NCBI RefSeq assembly: GCF_001194135.2
Contig: NC_068987.1
Location: 90,235,573 to 90,299,572, forward strand
Source: Octopus bimaculoides
Lineage: Eukaryota
Direction: 5' to 3'
DNA: 64,000 nucleotides
The notes below the pieces were generated by a model. It ran no database searches and had not been told where the DNA came from. It was given only the letters and a program-made list of their open reading frames with translations. This document shows positions 23,816 through 37,204 of the stretch, in pieces (positions within the stretch are counted from its first letter, which is position 1; each line of letters starts with the position of its first letter). A program made the translations under genes and the position numbers.

Positions 23816-24709
23816 ATTATTAAACTGACATCTTACATAAAACTGTGTTGGAAACTGTTAATTTAAATATAAACACTTTTAAGATGCAAGGTTTTGTGTC
23901 ACAGAAGCAGGTGGTTTTGAATGGTGTAAAAGGGTTTTAAGATCTAAATTACAGATTCAAGGAAAATGAGATACAACTGTAGACACTTGTGTAGGAAGTA
24001 GCAATTATAATGCCAATAGTAATTAATGCTAATAATCAACGAAGACATTCTTGTATAAATACAAGTCAAGGCATTAGACATGATGCCAAATTAGTATTCT
24101 GCAATGAAAGCTAAAATACAGCACAAAACTGTCTTGAACAAAATCTTCATCGTTTCACAAGCACAAAGTACTTTGAAGCAGAATGATGCAGCTTGAAGAA
24201 TATCGCACTGCATAAATGTCTTGAAGTAAGTGAGAGAGTGAGGAGATGTCTACATTTAAAGTTCATATGTACGTGATTTATTTTGACAGTCATTAGAAAA
24301 ATAAGTGAGAAGAAAGAAGTGGATCAGAAGTACATAATTAAGAGTTTGGAGTCTGGTTAGTGGTGAAGAAAGCAGCAGACAAACTAATTTGGTCACAAGA
24401 TTTGATTTGTAACTATTTTTTGACAGTTTTACACTTTGATTAATTATTAAATCTTTGAATACTCATAAAACAACTAAAATTAGTGTCATTCAAATATGAA
24501 ATGACATGCGTTTGATCTGCTAGATCAATAGTTCTCAAAATGGTAAAGACAAACCGTAACCCTTCCAAACCAAAATATCACTGAAATGATTTGCGCATCC
24601 AGTCATAGATATCATGCCAAGGCTGACAATGGAGTTCAATGCAGCCCTGTGACACACTGGATCCAGTCGAACCATTCAGCATGCCAGTGTGAAAAAACAG
24701 ACATTAAAT

Positions 24710-24951
24710 CAGTGGTTTCCAAATGCGGTCCACAATGGCCCTTGAGGATCCGTATTGAATTTTATTGCTAAAATTTATCTGCAATAAATTGGTTACACTT
24801 CTACAATACACAAAATACATCAATCATTTTTTTATATACAAGTCCTAATAATATGTAATTATAAAAATATAACAGGATTTTTGAAACATCAAACAGATGT
24901 AAAATAGGAATCAAAAGAGGTCAACAGGTAGAAAATGGTTGAGAAACACGG
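24710..24951. mobile_element. hAT (MER5/Charlie-like) MITE inserted into an RTE-type tail
   Basis: termini CAGTGGTTTCCAA / TTGAGAAACACGG; 8-bp flanks CATTAAAT and GATTAAAC (6/8 identical). Confidence 0.65.
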
Positions 24952-26249
24952 GATTAAACAATGATGAGGATGGTGATGGAAAAAGTGTGCATCCATATAA
25001 TTCTTCATTCTTCACCGTGGTGTTTAATAAGTTTAAAATCATTTCCATTTGCCTGGCCCCTGTTCAATCCCCACAGAAGTTACCCTGTATGAGAAACAAT
25101 CTGCTAGTTCACATCAGGAGCTTTGTGCACAAAAAAGCCCTCACTCTTCAGAGAGAACAAAATCCTTAGATCCAAATGGAAAACCATCAAGCATTTCCAA
25201 TGGAATTCTTCATTAATTCCATCAAATGTCTTTCAATATTTTGTTGTTGTTGTTCAGCATCAGATTAGCCATGATGAAGCTTAGCTCTCTGACCATTCCA
25301 TCCTTAGATTTATGTAGTGTATCCAAAATTACATAATCCAAAGAGTCTTTTTTAAGAGAGTAGTGTATAATTAAGGGAAATCCATTTCCTATTTTGAGTG
25401 GGTGGATTACTCATGTAGAGGCATGTTCCACACTCACATAAATTAGCATATTTAATGAAGTAAGCATTAATAAGTAGAAGGGATACTTGGGCAATTTAAA
25501 AGATACAAAGACTTAAATGCATTTTTAATTTATTCCATTTATTTAATAGTTTGGGGGGAAGGAGTTAATTGGATAGAATGGCTCTTCCATAATGTAACTG
25601 CTTCAGTTTCGACATGTGGCCTTAGAGCAAGTCCCTAACAAGACAAGTTTAACACTAGAAAAAGCTAGAATTAGTACGTGATGAAGAAAATAACAGATAT
25701 TGTTTATAGACATGCAATGAATCAAAGATTGTAGTTATAATCTAGGAATCAAACATATCTGGTAGCACAACTTGGCAATATGTCCATGGGTTACATAGAA
25801 ATTCCTAAACCCAATGAATTACATAACACATCATAATTTCTTTGACATATAATAAAAGTCAACTAGGTGTGGGCACCACACCTAGTTTTGTCTTCGTATA
25901 CATTGTAAACACAAGACATGGCTAGGCAACATTTGAACCAAGGCTGTTAAAATGTTGAGATGACATTTCTCTGACAAACATTATTAATGGAAAAAAGAAA
26001 TAAAAAAACCAATACAAACAATTAGAATTATATAATGTGAGAGTGGAAGCCTGAAGACATCAAATCAATTAAGCTGATAAAAATAGGAATTACACGGACC
26101 TCATTAAAGTATGTTAACTCATTGTTTCAGTTAATATATACTTTAAAGAATTAAAGACATAAGTCAGAATAATTCTAAGCTCTTTGCATATAATGAAAAA
26201 GAGAGAGGATGACTGTAAGAGGACCATTTTAAAGGAAATCTGTTGAGTG

Positions 26250-26428
26250 TGTAGCGTGGTGCCAATTCATAACAGCCGGCAATATGACGTTCAAATTCTG
26301 TTGAGGTCGACTTTGCTTTTCATCCATTTGGGGGTCAATAAATTAAGTACCAGTTGTGTACTGGGTCGATCTAATCGACTGGCCACCTCCCCTAAGATTT
26401 TGGGCCTTGTGCCTAGAGTAGAAAAGAA
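26250..26428 (+). mobile_element. SINE family B
   Basis: GGTCGACTTTGCTTTTCATCC..AATTAAGTACCAGTTGTGTACTGGGTCGATC..GCCTTGTGCCTAGAGTAGAAAAG. Confidence 0.85.
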
Positions 26429-26564
26429 TATCCAGTTAACTTGGGATGAATACAAAAAAAAAAAAAAAATGTAGCTGCAATAATTCAATGGAATTTTTGC
26501 AAGAAGTTTGGTTTTGCATGTACAGGAAAGAGCTTTGACCTTTTTGAAGAAACAGAAAAGTTCT

Positions 26565-26870
26565 TGAAAACAATAAAGTGAGCTGTTATGGAACTTCTCT
26601 GAATAAACATAAAAGAGAATAGAACACTAACAAGCCAGTTATTGCAGATGTTGATAAGAGAGTTTGTCTTGTAATTGACAGGAAATGTTCATTTGATGCC
26701 AGAATTTATCAAATTCTGGAACACAGAAATTAATAAGGTTATGATTCTGCCAATTGGAGCCTTGGGTACTGGTGAAAAATTTGAGAGTAAACCATGCAAA
26801 ACCAGATCTTAGTATGGGAGTGGAGCCTTATTTACTTAGGCCTACAAAAATTATCCAGGAAGTCTTTGAT
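26565..26870 (+). pseudogene. highly diverged R4/Dong endonuclease fragment
   Basis: remnants equivalent to ENNK..LW.F..RIEH.KP.IA.VDK.VCLVID...PIGALGT, colinear with 20187-20658. Confidence 0.5.
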
Positions 26871-26996
26871 AGAAATAGCATAAAGAGCTTTTATGAGAGA
26901 AAACTGCTTCTCATCCCAGATTACAAGTCATGGTACAATGGGAAACATAACCCTTTTTTTGCTGCATTTATTTTGTGATGCTCTGTGTTTCAATTA

Positions 26997-27381
26997 CTCT
27001 TTTACTTGTTTCAGTCATTTGACTGCGGCCATGCTGGAGCATCGCCTTTAGTCGAAGAAATCAACCCCAAGACTTATTCTTTGTAAGCCTAGTACTTATT
27101 CTATTGGTCTCTTTTGCCTTACTGCTAAGTCACGGGGACGTAAACACACCAGCATCGGTTGTCAAATGATGTTGGGGACAAACACGCACAAACACACACA
27201 TATATATACATATATACGACGGGCTTCTTTCAGTTTCCATCTACCAAATCCACTCACAAGGCTTTGGTCGGCCCAAAGCTATAGTAGAGGACACTTGCCT
27301 AAGGTGCCATGCAGTGGGACTGAACTCGGAACCATGTGGTTGGTAAGCAAGCTACTTACCACACAGCCACTCCTGCGCCTA
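26997..27381 (-). mobile_element. SINE family A, near-consensus full-length copy
   Basis: complete head-to-tail match with 47343-47739. Confidence 0.92.
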
Positions 27382-27384
27382 CTT

Positions 27385-27552
27385 TAAACGTAACAAAGAA
27401 TTTAGTAAAACAACTTCATTATCATTAAGCTAGTGTTAGGAACATAAATTGTGACTAAGGTTTGGTGGCAGATTTTAATTCAGAACTTATGAAAACAAGA
27501 CATTTGTACTACAGAGCCAGAGGCAGTTTCAGCTGGGTTGGTCACAAAAGGG
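27385..27552. mobile_element. piggyBac-type MITE, one end truncated
   Basis: reverse complement of 22889-23060; ends AAAAGGG|TTAA. Confidence 0.8.
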
Positions 27553-27594
27553 TTAAACGAGTGACAACTTCAATACAGTATGCTGTCTTTTATT

Positions 27595-27942
27595 TTTTAC
27601 TTATTTAAGTCAAGCTGGGGCACTACCTTGAAGAAATTTAGTCAAACAAATTGACTACTGTACTTATTTCTTTGTAATGACTGGTATTTATTCTATGAAT
27701 CTCTTTTGCTGAACTGCTAGGTTACAGGGATGTAAACACACCAACACCAGTTGTCAAGTAGTGGTGGTGGGGAACAAACACACATATGTATGTATACATA
27801 TGATGGGCTTCTTACAGTTTCTGTCTACCAAATCCACTCACAAGGCTTTGCCAACCTGATGATGCTTGCCCAAGGTGCTACCACATAGTGTGGGACTGAA
27901 CCCAGAACCATAAAGTTGGTAAGCAAACTTCTTACCACACCT
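27595..27942 (-). mobile_element. diverged SINE family A
   Basis: GGGGCACTACCTTGAAG..CTACCAAATCCACTCACAAGG..GGGACTGAACCC. Confidence 0.8.
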
Positions 27943-27959
27943 GCAGAATAATAATAACG

Positions 27960-28147
27960 ATTTCCAATTTGTGCACAAAGCTAGAAATTTTAAGGAGTCA
28001 GTCAATTACACTGACCCCAGTGCATAACTGGTACTTATTTTATCGACCTTGATAGAATGAAAAGGTAAACTTCAGTAAAATTTGCACTCAGGATGTGAAG
28101 AGCCAGAAGGAACGCTGCCAACGATTCTGCTAGTTCACTACCTTAAT
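27960..28147 (-). mobile_element. SINE family B
   Basis: CTGACCCCAGTGCATAACTGGTACTTATTTTATCGACC. Confidence 0.75.
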
Positions 28148-28530
28148 CGTGGCACTCCATCAGTTACGACGACAAGGCTTCCAGTTGATCTGATCAATGG
28201 AACAGCCTGCTCGTGAAATTAACTTGCAAGTGGCTGAGCACTCCACAGACATGAGTACCCTTAAGATAGTTCTCGGGGAGATTCAGCGTGACACTCAGTG
28301 TGACAAGGGTGGCCCCTTTGAAATACAGGTACAGCGGAAACAGGTAGAAAGAGAGAAAGTTGTGGTGAAAGAGTACAGTAGGGTTCGCCACCAGCCCCTG
28401 CCAGAGCCTTGCGGAGCTTTAGGTGTTTTCATTCAATAAAAACTCACAATGCCCGGTCTAGGAATCGAAACCATGATCCTACGACCACGAGTCCGCTGCC
28501 CTAACCACTGAGCCATTGCACCTCCACACC
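28148..28530 (-). mobile_element. tRNA-derived SINE family D, with candidate 8-bp target duplication ACCTTAAT
   Basis: head GCAATGGCTCAGTGGTTAGGGCAGCGGACTCG..GTTTCGATTCC; matches 57473-57850; ACCTTAAT at 28140-28147 and 28531-28538. Confidence 0.85.
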
Positions 28531-28769
28531 ACCTTAATAATGGCAACAACAATAATTCTTTCTGCCATAGGCACAAGGTTTGAAACTTTGGGTGGGGGGG
28601 AAGCTAGTCAGTTGCAACAACCACAGTGCTCAATCCTGAAAGGGTGAAAAACAAATTGGAACTGGACAATGCAAAACCAGAAGAAATGCTGCCAAACATT
28701 TAGTCTGGTAATGCTAACTCATCATCTAAATGGTAGGAATAAATAATCATTCATGCGATTTAAGAAGGG

Positions 28770-29082
28770 GGGAGGCTCTGAAAGGGGTCTCAGGGAGTAG
28801 CGTCCCTGCCTTCCTGAGCTACTTTTCCACTGCATTTCTTAAAAATCGTGGTAGAGGCCTTGGTCTCAGGACCACTCATGTCTAGAAACTGAGCTTGGGG
28901 GTAAGCAAGGGCATGCTCCCTGTAGAAAATCCAGCTCCAAAACAGCCTCATGATAGCAAGGGAGAATGGGCACCAGCCTGCCTCAGTTGCTATGGCATTG
29001 AGGTAGATCCAGCCACCCCCATTAACGGGGACAAAACCCAGATTTAAAACACTGGATGATGATGATGATAATGATGATGATG
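28770..29082 (+). mobile_element. SINE-like element with GGGGGTAAGCAAGGGCATGCTCCCTGTA domain and (GAT)n tail
   Basis: GC-richer block ending in (GAT)n; family not named with certainty. Confidence 0.55.
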
Positions 29083-32000
29083 AACACACCTGCATGAACT
29101 ACCCCTCCACCACACCTACTAAAATTAAAAGCATTCATTTGATTCAGCAAATTGCTATATACAACTTTTCTTATTCTTCTAAGTGCATTTCTCATGTTTC
29201 CTTTTTATTTCTGCTCATATCAATACTAAAAGACAGAAACTGCAAATTAAATTCCTCCAATGCAATCCCATTTCTACAACTGATGCCATTAATTGCTTAA
29301 TCTGCATGCAAAACAAGCACAAAATTCCTTGTCCAAAACTACTTTGTTTTAGAATCCTCATCTGTATTAAGAAGAGAAGTGACTAACCTGCACCAATCCA
29401 AACGAAATACCAAAGTTGATGTCTCTCATTCTAGCCATATATTTTCATACTCAAGAGTCAGGCACATCACACTTTGTCACTAGAGAAATTTATGAGACAA
29501 CCAGCTCCAATAAAGTTTTTCTTTACCTTTTTTTCCCCCCCTTTCTTTTGTGACTATTTAAGAATAGATGCATCTAATCAATGACAACATTTTAATATCC
29601 TATCTTGGGAATAGGTCTTGCAAAGACCTGTGAGCAAGTATAATCTGATCTACTCAACATCATTATGATGCTAACCAAAATAAATCAAATATTCTCCAGC
29701 CACTGAAATTAATTAGCTGCTGCTTTTCCTAATGTTGCAACAACTGTCTAAACCCGAAAGTGAATCTATCTGAGATACCATTATATTGTCAGAATCAATC
29801 AGCCATATATGAAGAATTCTATATAAAGCATCAATAAACAAAAGACTTATCAAAGAGGTAACCAATATTTGCAGTAATTTCCATTACTTTAGCTATCAGC
29901 AAGATGACCATCCAGTCTACTTCCATGATATAATAAAGCAGATGTTCCAATTTTCAGATTCTTAATATAAAAAGAATCATGTATGAAAGACAACTTGTTT
30001 TATTTGAAAAAAATTACAAATACAAAGATTTGCAAACAAAGCTCTTTCTTATGTTCGCACCTGTTGCCTATTTTTAGTTAGCATCTGGAATCATCTCAAC
30101 GGAAACAGCACAAAACACTTGTAGGATTTGCAATGGAATTAAAACATTATAAAACATTCGAGATTAACCAATATATAAATGAGAGCCATTGAAAGTTGGC
30201 AAAAAATTTGAGAATAAAATTCATTTAACAGAGATAGTTCTATCTTTGTTAAATTTCTTTTTTTTTTTTTAAAGCTAATCTGTGACTATTGATTTCTTGA
30301 CAGCCACACGTTTACAGATTTAACAGCAGAGAGGAAATGATACAGCCTAAAACTGGTGCTTTTTCCAAAAGATATTAACAACATTAATGAAGTTAATTGG
30401 ATAGAATTGGGGATCAAAATCAGGTTGCCAAATCAGCTTATTGGAACACTGTGCATTATTCTACTTACTTGGCAAATATTGCAGAATATTAATCTAAAAT
30501 TTACTTTTATCTTGTACTCAACTTTCTAACCTCAAACAGTTGCAATCATTCATAGTGTAGGCACCACAACAATCCAAGTATATTTTAGAGGCAAAATAGT
30601 GTGAAGATATTAATTTCAAATTCCTTTGCATTCATTCACTATTTACAACTGCCATTAACAGCTCACAATGTCTCACCTTATTGGGGCTTCTATTAGATCA
30701 AATAGTAAATTATCAATGTATTTTCCATTCTTAAAAGGATTGTTAATTGTAGTTAATCCAATTACTATGTTGAAATATTAATTTATCTCAGCAGTTCTTT
30801 GTCCTAATTACTGATAATTTCCACAGTAGCTATGCAAACATTTATCTAATTATTGAAATATCAAGACACTTAATTCTTCAAATGATATTTTGGCTCTAAC
30901 ATCAAGAATAGGGAAGTACATTTTCTCCTTTGTAGTTTTAATCTATATTGTGATTCAATAATTGAAAAAAAGTGTCATGTTCTTTGAAAATATTCACAGC
31001 AAAAGAAGACCAAAGAGGGCAATGCAAAAAATGGTAAAAGCACATTGTTTGACGGTGAACCATTTCCGATGACATGACAATGAGCTTGGCACATTTAACC
31101 AATCCATGCCAGTATATGAAAAACTGACATTAAAATGTGTTCTTTGAATTTTATTTCATAGGTTAGTCATTGGATTGCATATTATAATTGACACTAGAAA
31201 GATACAAGGGACAAGATAGAATCTGAACTTGGAAAGTAACCAAATACCACAACATATTTTGCCTGGTGCACCACTAAATGTAGCATTCTGCCACCATAAT
31301 ATATATATATTATATACCTATTTGCTCATGTACAGGTTGAACCCCTAATTTAATGTTAAACCTTGGTACAAATTTTTTCCCCTCACATTCAAACATGATA
31401 TAAGCTCTGCCATGTGTATAAATTGTATCCCAGACTTTTCAATTAAAATCAAGTATAAAATAGTGCAACATGAGTAAAAGCAGTGTGTGCATATGTGTGT
31501 GTGTGTGTGTGTGTTCATACATCCATCCTTCAAATATCAATTATATTGAGACGTAAATATTCCTAAAAGTGTGATAAATAATATAAATATTCCAAGCATT
31601 TTTGAACTGAGGATTTAAAGTTGCATTCTTTCAATTATATTAAAGAAGAAACAATATTTCTAATGTTTTGTGGTAATGTAACAGAGTGCTGATTATTTTT
31701 CCTTGGGTAGTCGATGGAGGGATTTGGCAATGACTGCAGGCACAAGTTGAATAGATTCCACAAGACACACAATGATAACTTACAAGAGAAGTCAAGCGTA
31801 AGTTAGTTAAGGAAGTGACAGAGAGTGAAAAGGCATTGGCCAAAATATAGAGGGAAGACAAGTTGTTAGATGTTATATATATATATATGGATGCTGGAAG
31901 AAAGAGATTCTGTGAGATAGTGGAGACAGGTACATACCAGAGATAGACAAATGAAAGTTTGGGAAGAGGTATTTAGATAAGAAGCAGAGCCTCAGAGAAT

Positions 32001-32567
32001 AGATGAAGAAGAATCAAGACAGCAATGACGGTGTTATTGAAACAGATATTAACACATGAGTAATCTTTCATAAACATACCATCACACAAACACACAATGA
32101 AATTAGTAGCAGTTTGAGCAGAAACAACTATTTGCTCTTCTGGTTTACCTAACTGAATAAAACGAGATTTATGTGCGTGTACATGCACACACACACACAC
32201 ACACATGATAGATATATAGATAAGTAGCTAGATTTGTCATCACATTGCTAAAGATCAGGCCCACTCCCAATAACATTCCAGATTTAAATAATTTTAATAA
32301 CGATTTCTTGGCTTCCTATACCTTTAGTGAGCTAGCATCCACTTTTACTGTTAAGTTTACCTGCAGCAGGCGTTGCTGGGTATTATTTCCCCAGTCGTGT
32401 GTGTGTGTGTGTGTAAACAGACTCCACTCCTACATCACGGTTGAGTAATAAGCAGTCGGTAGGCATCCAGCTGTAAAAACAATTCTTCCAACAAATAAAC
32501 CCCTCCCATCCACATTAAAAAAGAGAAAACATGAGGTAAATTTTATATATGTATATATATATATATC

Positions 32568-32629
<62 letters not shown>

Positions 32630-33161
32630 TGTGTGTGTGTGTATATATGTACGATGTATAAATCAAAATGATTTTACTGAGACTAACAACAGTCAATGGG
32701 AAAAATTACTATTCCACGAGATAAAGGTGTGTATTATCAAAATGAGTATTTTAAGAAGTGATGCAGCAACATTTTTGACACACGAATCAAAATGTCAAGA
32801 TAACTGATTTGAATGAGAAAATTATCTAGTTGCTACACCATTATTATTATTATTATTATTTGAGAGAAAACTAAAATATTTTGGATACTTTAATAGTAAG
32901 AAGAAAAAAATGGTTTACAGAAATTTTTAACAGAGATTCAGTGAGACAGAGGAGACAGGTATACATAGAAGTGATAGAGAAATGAAACTTTGGAAAGAAG
33001 CAAAATGAATGGGACAAAAGGCAGAGACAAACTAAGAATTGGATGGGTGGGTGACATGAAGAACTAAACAAACTGAAAACTGCAGTGAGGTAGAAAGATA
33101 GCACTAGGAAGAGTGAGATGTTATTTCATGATATTCAATCTGCTGAGAACAGATGATACCC

Positions 33162-33244
33162 GATGATGATGATGATGATGATGCTGACGACGACGATGAT
33201 GATGATGATGTTGACGACGACGGTGATGATGATGATGATGATGG
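33162..33244. repeat. (GAT)n/(GAC)n microsatellite
   Basis: direct reading. Confidence 0.9.
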
Positions 33245-33444
33245 TGTGTAGTTTCAGGTGACTTTGTTGGAATACAAACTTGAAGAGTTTTCAGTCAATT
33301 ATATGAACACCAGTAATTTGTTTGCTATCTATTTTATTGTTTTCAAAAGATGTGCATCACACATGCCTCATGAGACTTTGAGCCAACTTGTATGAATGTA
33401 AAGCAAAAGTCAAACATAAAATAATAATATTAATAATAATAATA

Positions 33445-33701
33445 GATAAGGAAGAAAGAAAAGTGGAGAGATATGACAGGTTAGCTTGGGAGGTAAAGCA
33501 GTTGTGGTCGATGAAAAAGGTGGCAGTAGTAACAATAAGTGTCGGAGCCCTGGGAACAGTGAGCAAAAATCTCGAGAAGTACATGGAACAAATAGGGGCT
33601 GCAATAAGGGTGGAGCGCTTGCAGAAAACAGCACTGCTAGGAACCGCTCGAATACTCCAGAAGGTGCTCGAAAAATAAAGGGTGTTACCTTAGTTTACTG
33701 T
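33445..33701 (+). mobile_element. second, shorter R4/Dong 3' fragment
   Basis: ORF 33388-33678 DKEERKVERYDRLAWEVKQLWSMKKVAVVTISVGALGTVSKNLEKYMEQIG...LQKTALLGTARILQKVLEK, colinear with 20395-20630; preceded by (TAA)n. Confidence 0.9.
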
Positions 33702-33822
33702 TAGTGAACTCTAACAACACTTTATTTAGTGATAGGAAGAGTAAAAGATCAGTAAATAAGAAAATGGCTAATATAGAAACATTAATGGTACAAATGGGTG
33801 GAGGCAAGTCTGTGGAGTTAAG

Positions 33823-33825
<3 letters not shown>

Positions 33826-33858
<33 letters not shown>

Positions 33859-34040
33859 ATTTGTCATCCACTACTGCCTGACAATTGGTGTTGGTTTGTT
33901 TATGTTCCATTAACTTGGTAGTTTGGTAAAGGAGACTGATATAATAAGTACCAGATATAAAAATAAAAACTGGAGGCAATTTGTTTTGATTAAACCCTTT
34001 AATGTGGGTGCTCCAACATGACCGAAACTAGTAAAAGATA
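33826..34040 (+). mobile_element. SINE family A 3' half
   Basis: (TG)n then TTGGTGTTGGTTTGTTTATG..GCTCCAACATGACC. Confidence 0.7.
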
Positions 34041-34169
34041 ATAGTGTAGACCACCCAGAGGCAAACAAAGACAATGGGGGAGGGGGGAGTCAGTTCAGGA
34101 ACTTGGAACTGGATTTCAATTCTGACCATTTTCCTTCAGATTTCCTGTGACATTATGGGTACAGTGAAT

Positions 34170-34495
34170 GCATTTCAGTCAAATCGACCCTAGGACTTAT
34201 TCATTGTAAGCCTAGTACTTATTCCATAGGTCTCTTTTGCCAAACCACTAAGTTACAGGGACATGAACACACCAACATTGGTTGTTAAGCAATAGAGGGG
34301 GGAACAAACACAGATACAACTACACACACACAATGGGCTTCTTTCAGTTTCTGTCTACCAAATCCACTTACAAGGCTTTGGTCGGCCCGAGGCTATAGTA
34401 GAAGACACTTGCCCAAAGTGGCATGCAGTGGGACTGAACCCGGAACTATGTGGTTGGGAAGCAAGCTACTTACCACACAGCCATGCCTGCGCCTA
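34170..34495 (-). mobile_element. SINE family A
   Basis: AAATCGACCCTAGGACTTATTC..GGGACTGAACCCGGAAC. Confidence 0.88.
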
Positions 34496-34639
34496 TTTGA
34501 ATACTGAATGAGAGTAAGTATTTTTTTATTGTTATTATTATTACGATAATGATTAGTTTTTCTTTCAACTTTGCTTCCATTTCTTGCCAAGTGTCTTCCT
34601 GACACCTAGGACAGAGAAACTCACTGTACACCAATATTT

Positions 34640-34844
34640 CTATCATTATTATCATTACTACTACTGTTATTATTAGTACTGTTATTATTACTACTACCAC
34701 TATTACTATTACTACTACTACTACCACTATTATTACTACTACTACTACCACTATTATTACTACTACTACTACTACCACTATTATTACTACTACTACTACT
34801 ATTACTATTATTACTACTGTTATTATTACTACTACTACCACTAC

Positions 34845-34876
<32 letters not shown>

Positions 34877-34878
34877 TA
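34640..34878. repeat. compound (ACT)n/(ATT)n microsatellite
   Basis: direct reading; source of the poly-I/V ORF 34470-34904. Confidence 0.95.
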
Positions 34879-37204
34879 CTTGCATACAGAAATAGTTCGA
34901 CCATATGGTGGAAATATTTTGTTGCTAGGTATCAGACAGAAGCAAGTAGAATAATATAAAGCTGATACAAGATGTAGAGAAAGAGAGAACAGAAATGCCA
35001 ACAACATCAATAGTAATTATTTAGCTGATACACTTCTTCCATGACCAAACTATCTGAAATATTCAAGTCAGTTGAAAGGCCAACAAAATGGATTCAATCT
35101 GCATCCAATATAGACGATAATTTGATAAAGTAAGTGAAGACTGGGAAATTAATAGTCGGCATCCACTGTTAACCCAAGAGCAATGTCATACAACATTATC
35201 ATTCTTTCGTAGTTTATACGGCTCCCACTTCTCTCTCTCTCTCTTTCTCACACACAACTAGGTTTTAAGAAATGCAATGAGAATATTACTATGGAAATTA
35301 AATAACTATCATTAAAGTTAGGTCATATCTATTGAGCTTCATAAAAGCAACAAAAAATAAAATATAAACAAATATATATTTAGACAGTAGAATTGGTAGA
35401 GTTCCAGACAAACTATTTTATGGTATTTGGCTGCATCTCTTTACAAGCCAAGTTCACATCCCATTCAAGTCCATTTTGTTTTTCATCTTCCCAAGGTTAA
35501 TAAAATACTAGGGTTAATTTGATTGGCAATACTCAAGAAGACAGAGCCCCAGTATGGCCACAGTCTAATGATTAGAACCAATTAAAGAACACACATACGT
35601 GCAGATCCCCCACACGCACGCACACCTAATGACTTCATTTACCTCTAAGACTACTTCCTTCATTTTTTTTCTTTCTCAGTTTAATCCAATCACGATCATT
35701 GCTGGTTACTTGGCCATAAATGGCAGAATGACATTTGAGTCTGTCTATCTTTTCCTAAAGTTACACACTTCACAACACTGACTTTTTCTGAAAATGGTTA
35801 GAATAAACAACCAAGAAACAGATGGGCACAAGACAGAAAAGGATAAGGTTAGAAAGTAGATAAGGTATAGCAAGGAATGGTAATGGTGACTGGCATAGCA
35901 TTACAGGACTACTCTGCTACTCTTACTATACCTGCCAACAGAGAGAGACAGCAGGATCAAATTTAAACTTAAACATCCAATTCCTTTACTTAAATTATTC
36001 CATATCAAAGAGACAGAGACTTCTGGATTAACTAATGCAGTATAACAACTGTGTTCTAACTTTTGCTGTCATTATAATAACTCTTTACTATAGTTACTAC
36101 AACAACATCAGCAAACAACCTTCATTTTTTGGCAACCTGTTTAATATCTACCATTAATGGGCATTAAAAAAGAAAAAAAGTGCCTTGATCAATTCTTCCC
36201 CATCCACCACCATTTCCAGGTCATAAAAATTGCATTTGGAACAGATTGCATTTTATAAATGCTTCTTACTACAAGTTGCAGTAAAGCTAAAAGCTTAATG
36301 GATCTAATGGCCATGGACTTGTCCTTAGGAAACAAAAATAGAGAAATACCATCCATGATCATATGTTAATGATTCTACTTTTTCCTTTTTTTTTTCCTCT
36401 CCACTTCCATAAAAAAACATTCCATTTATATAAATTACATAAATTCTCAATTGCTTGCATATATCAATTTATCTTTAGTATGCCGAGCTATAATGAGTGG
36501 GAGGTTTTAAGCGACAAAAATACAAAAAAAACTAAATTATTATCTTTTTGAAAGTCGAATTAACCCTATAACATGTAAAGTATCAAATATGCAGTGAAAA
36601 ACAAAAAACAGTAAAATCTAAAAATTTGGCTGGAAAAGTTGAAAAGTTGCAACACCCACAAGGTATTATGATGCTTGTATGCAATAATAATGTTGTCGTT
36701 CAAACAAAGAATCCTTAAATTTGTTATGGCATTTGATTTGTCATTCTTTGTAAAAAATTATTGTATTTGAAGCATCAAGAATTATTAACAATTTGGCTTC
36801 AAGTAAGATTCTCAGCATCTTCGTATTGTTCATTGTTGCAATGGTTTCTCAAACGTTATATTAATATTCTTGATTCTTTATTGAATAAAATTATTTTCCA
36901 ATTAGAAAAAAAAAAAAAAAAAAAAAAAAATCCTCTCCCACTTCAACTCTTTTACATTGCGTGAGTGGGTGTATATAAGTGTACATATATCTGTGTGTGT
37001 GCATGTATATACGTATATCTATGTATGCATTCATGTCTATACTGTTCTAATTTTTCATCATCGAGATAGATGGTGGTGGAGTTTACTGTGTTTATATTAT
37101 TCACACAATCATCATTTAACATCCATTTTCCCTGCTGGTATGGGTTGGACTGTTTGACAGGAGCTGCACCAGACTCCAATTGTCTGTTTTGGCATGGTTT
37201 CCAC

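Noticed and set aside
33162-33244. Poly-Asp coding exon
   Set aside because: No flanking open frame or splice support; (GAT)n tracts are common repeat tails here.
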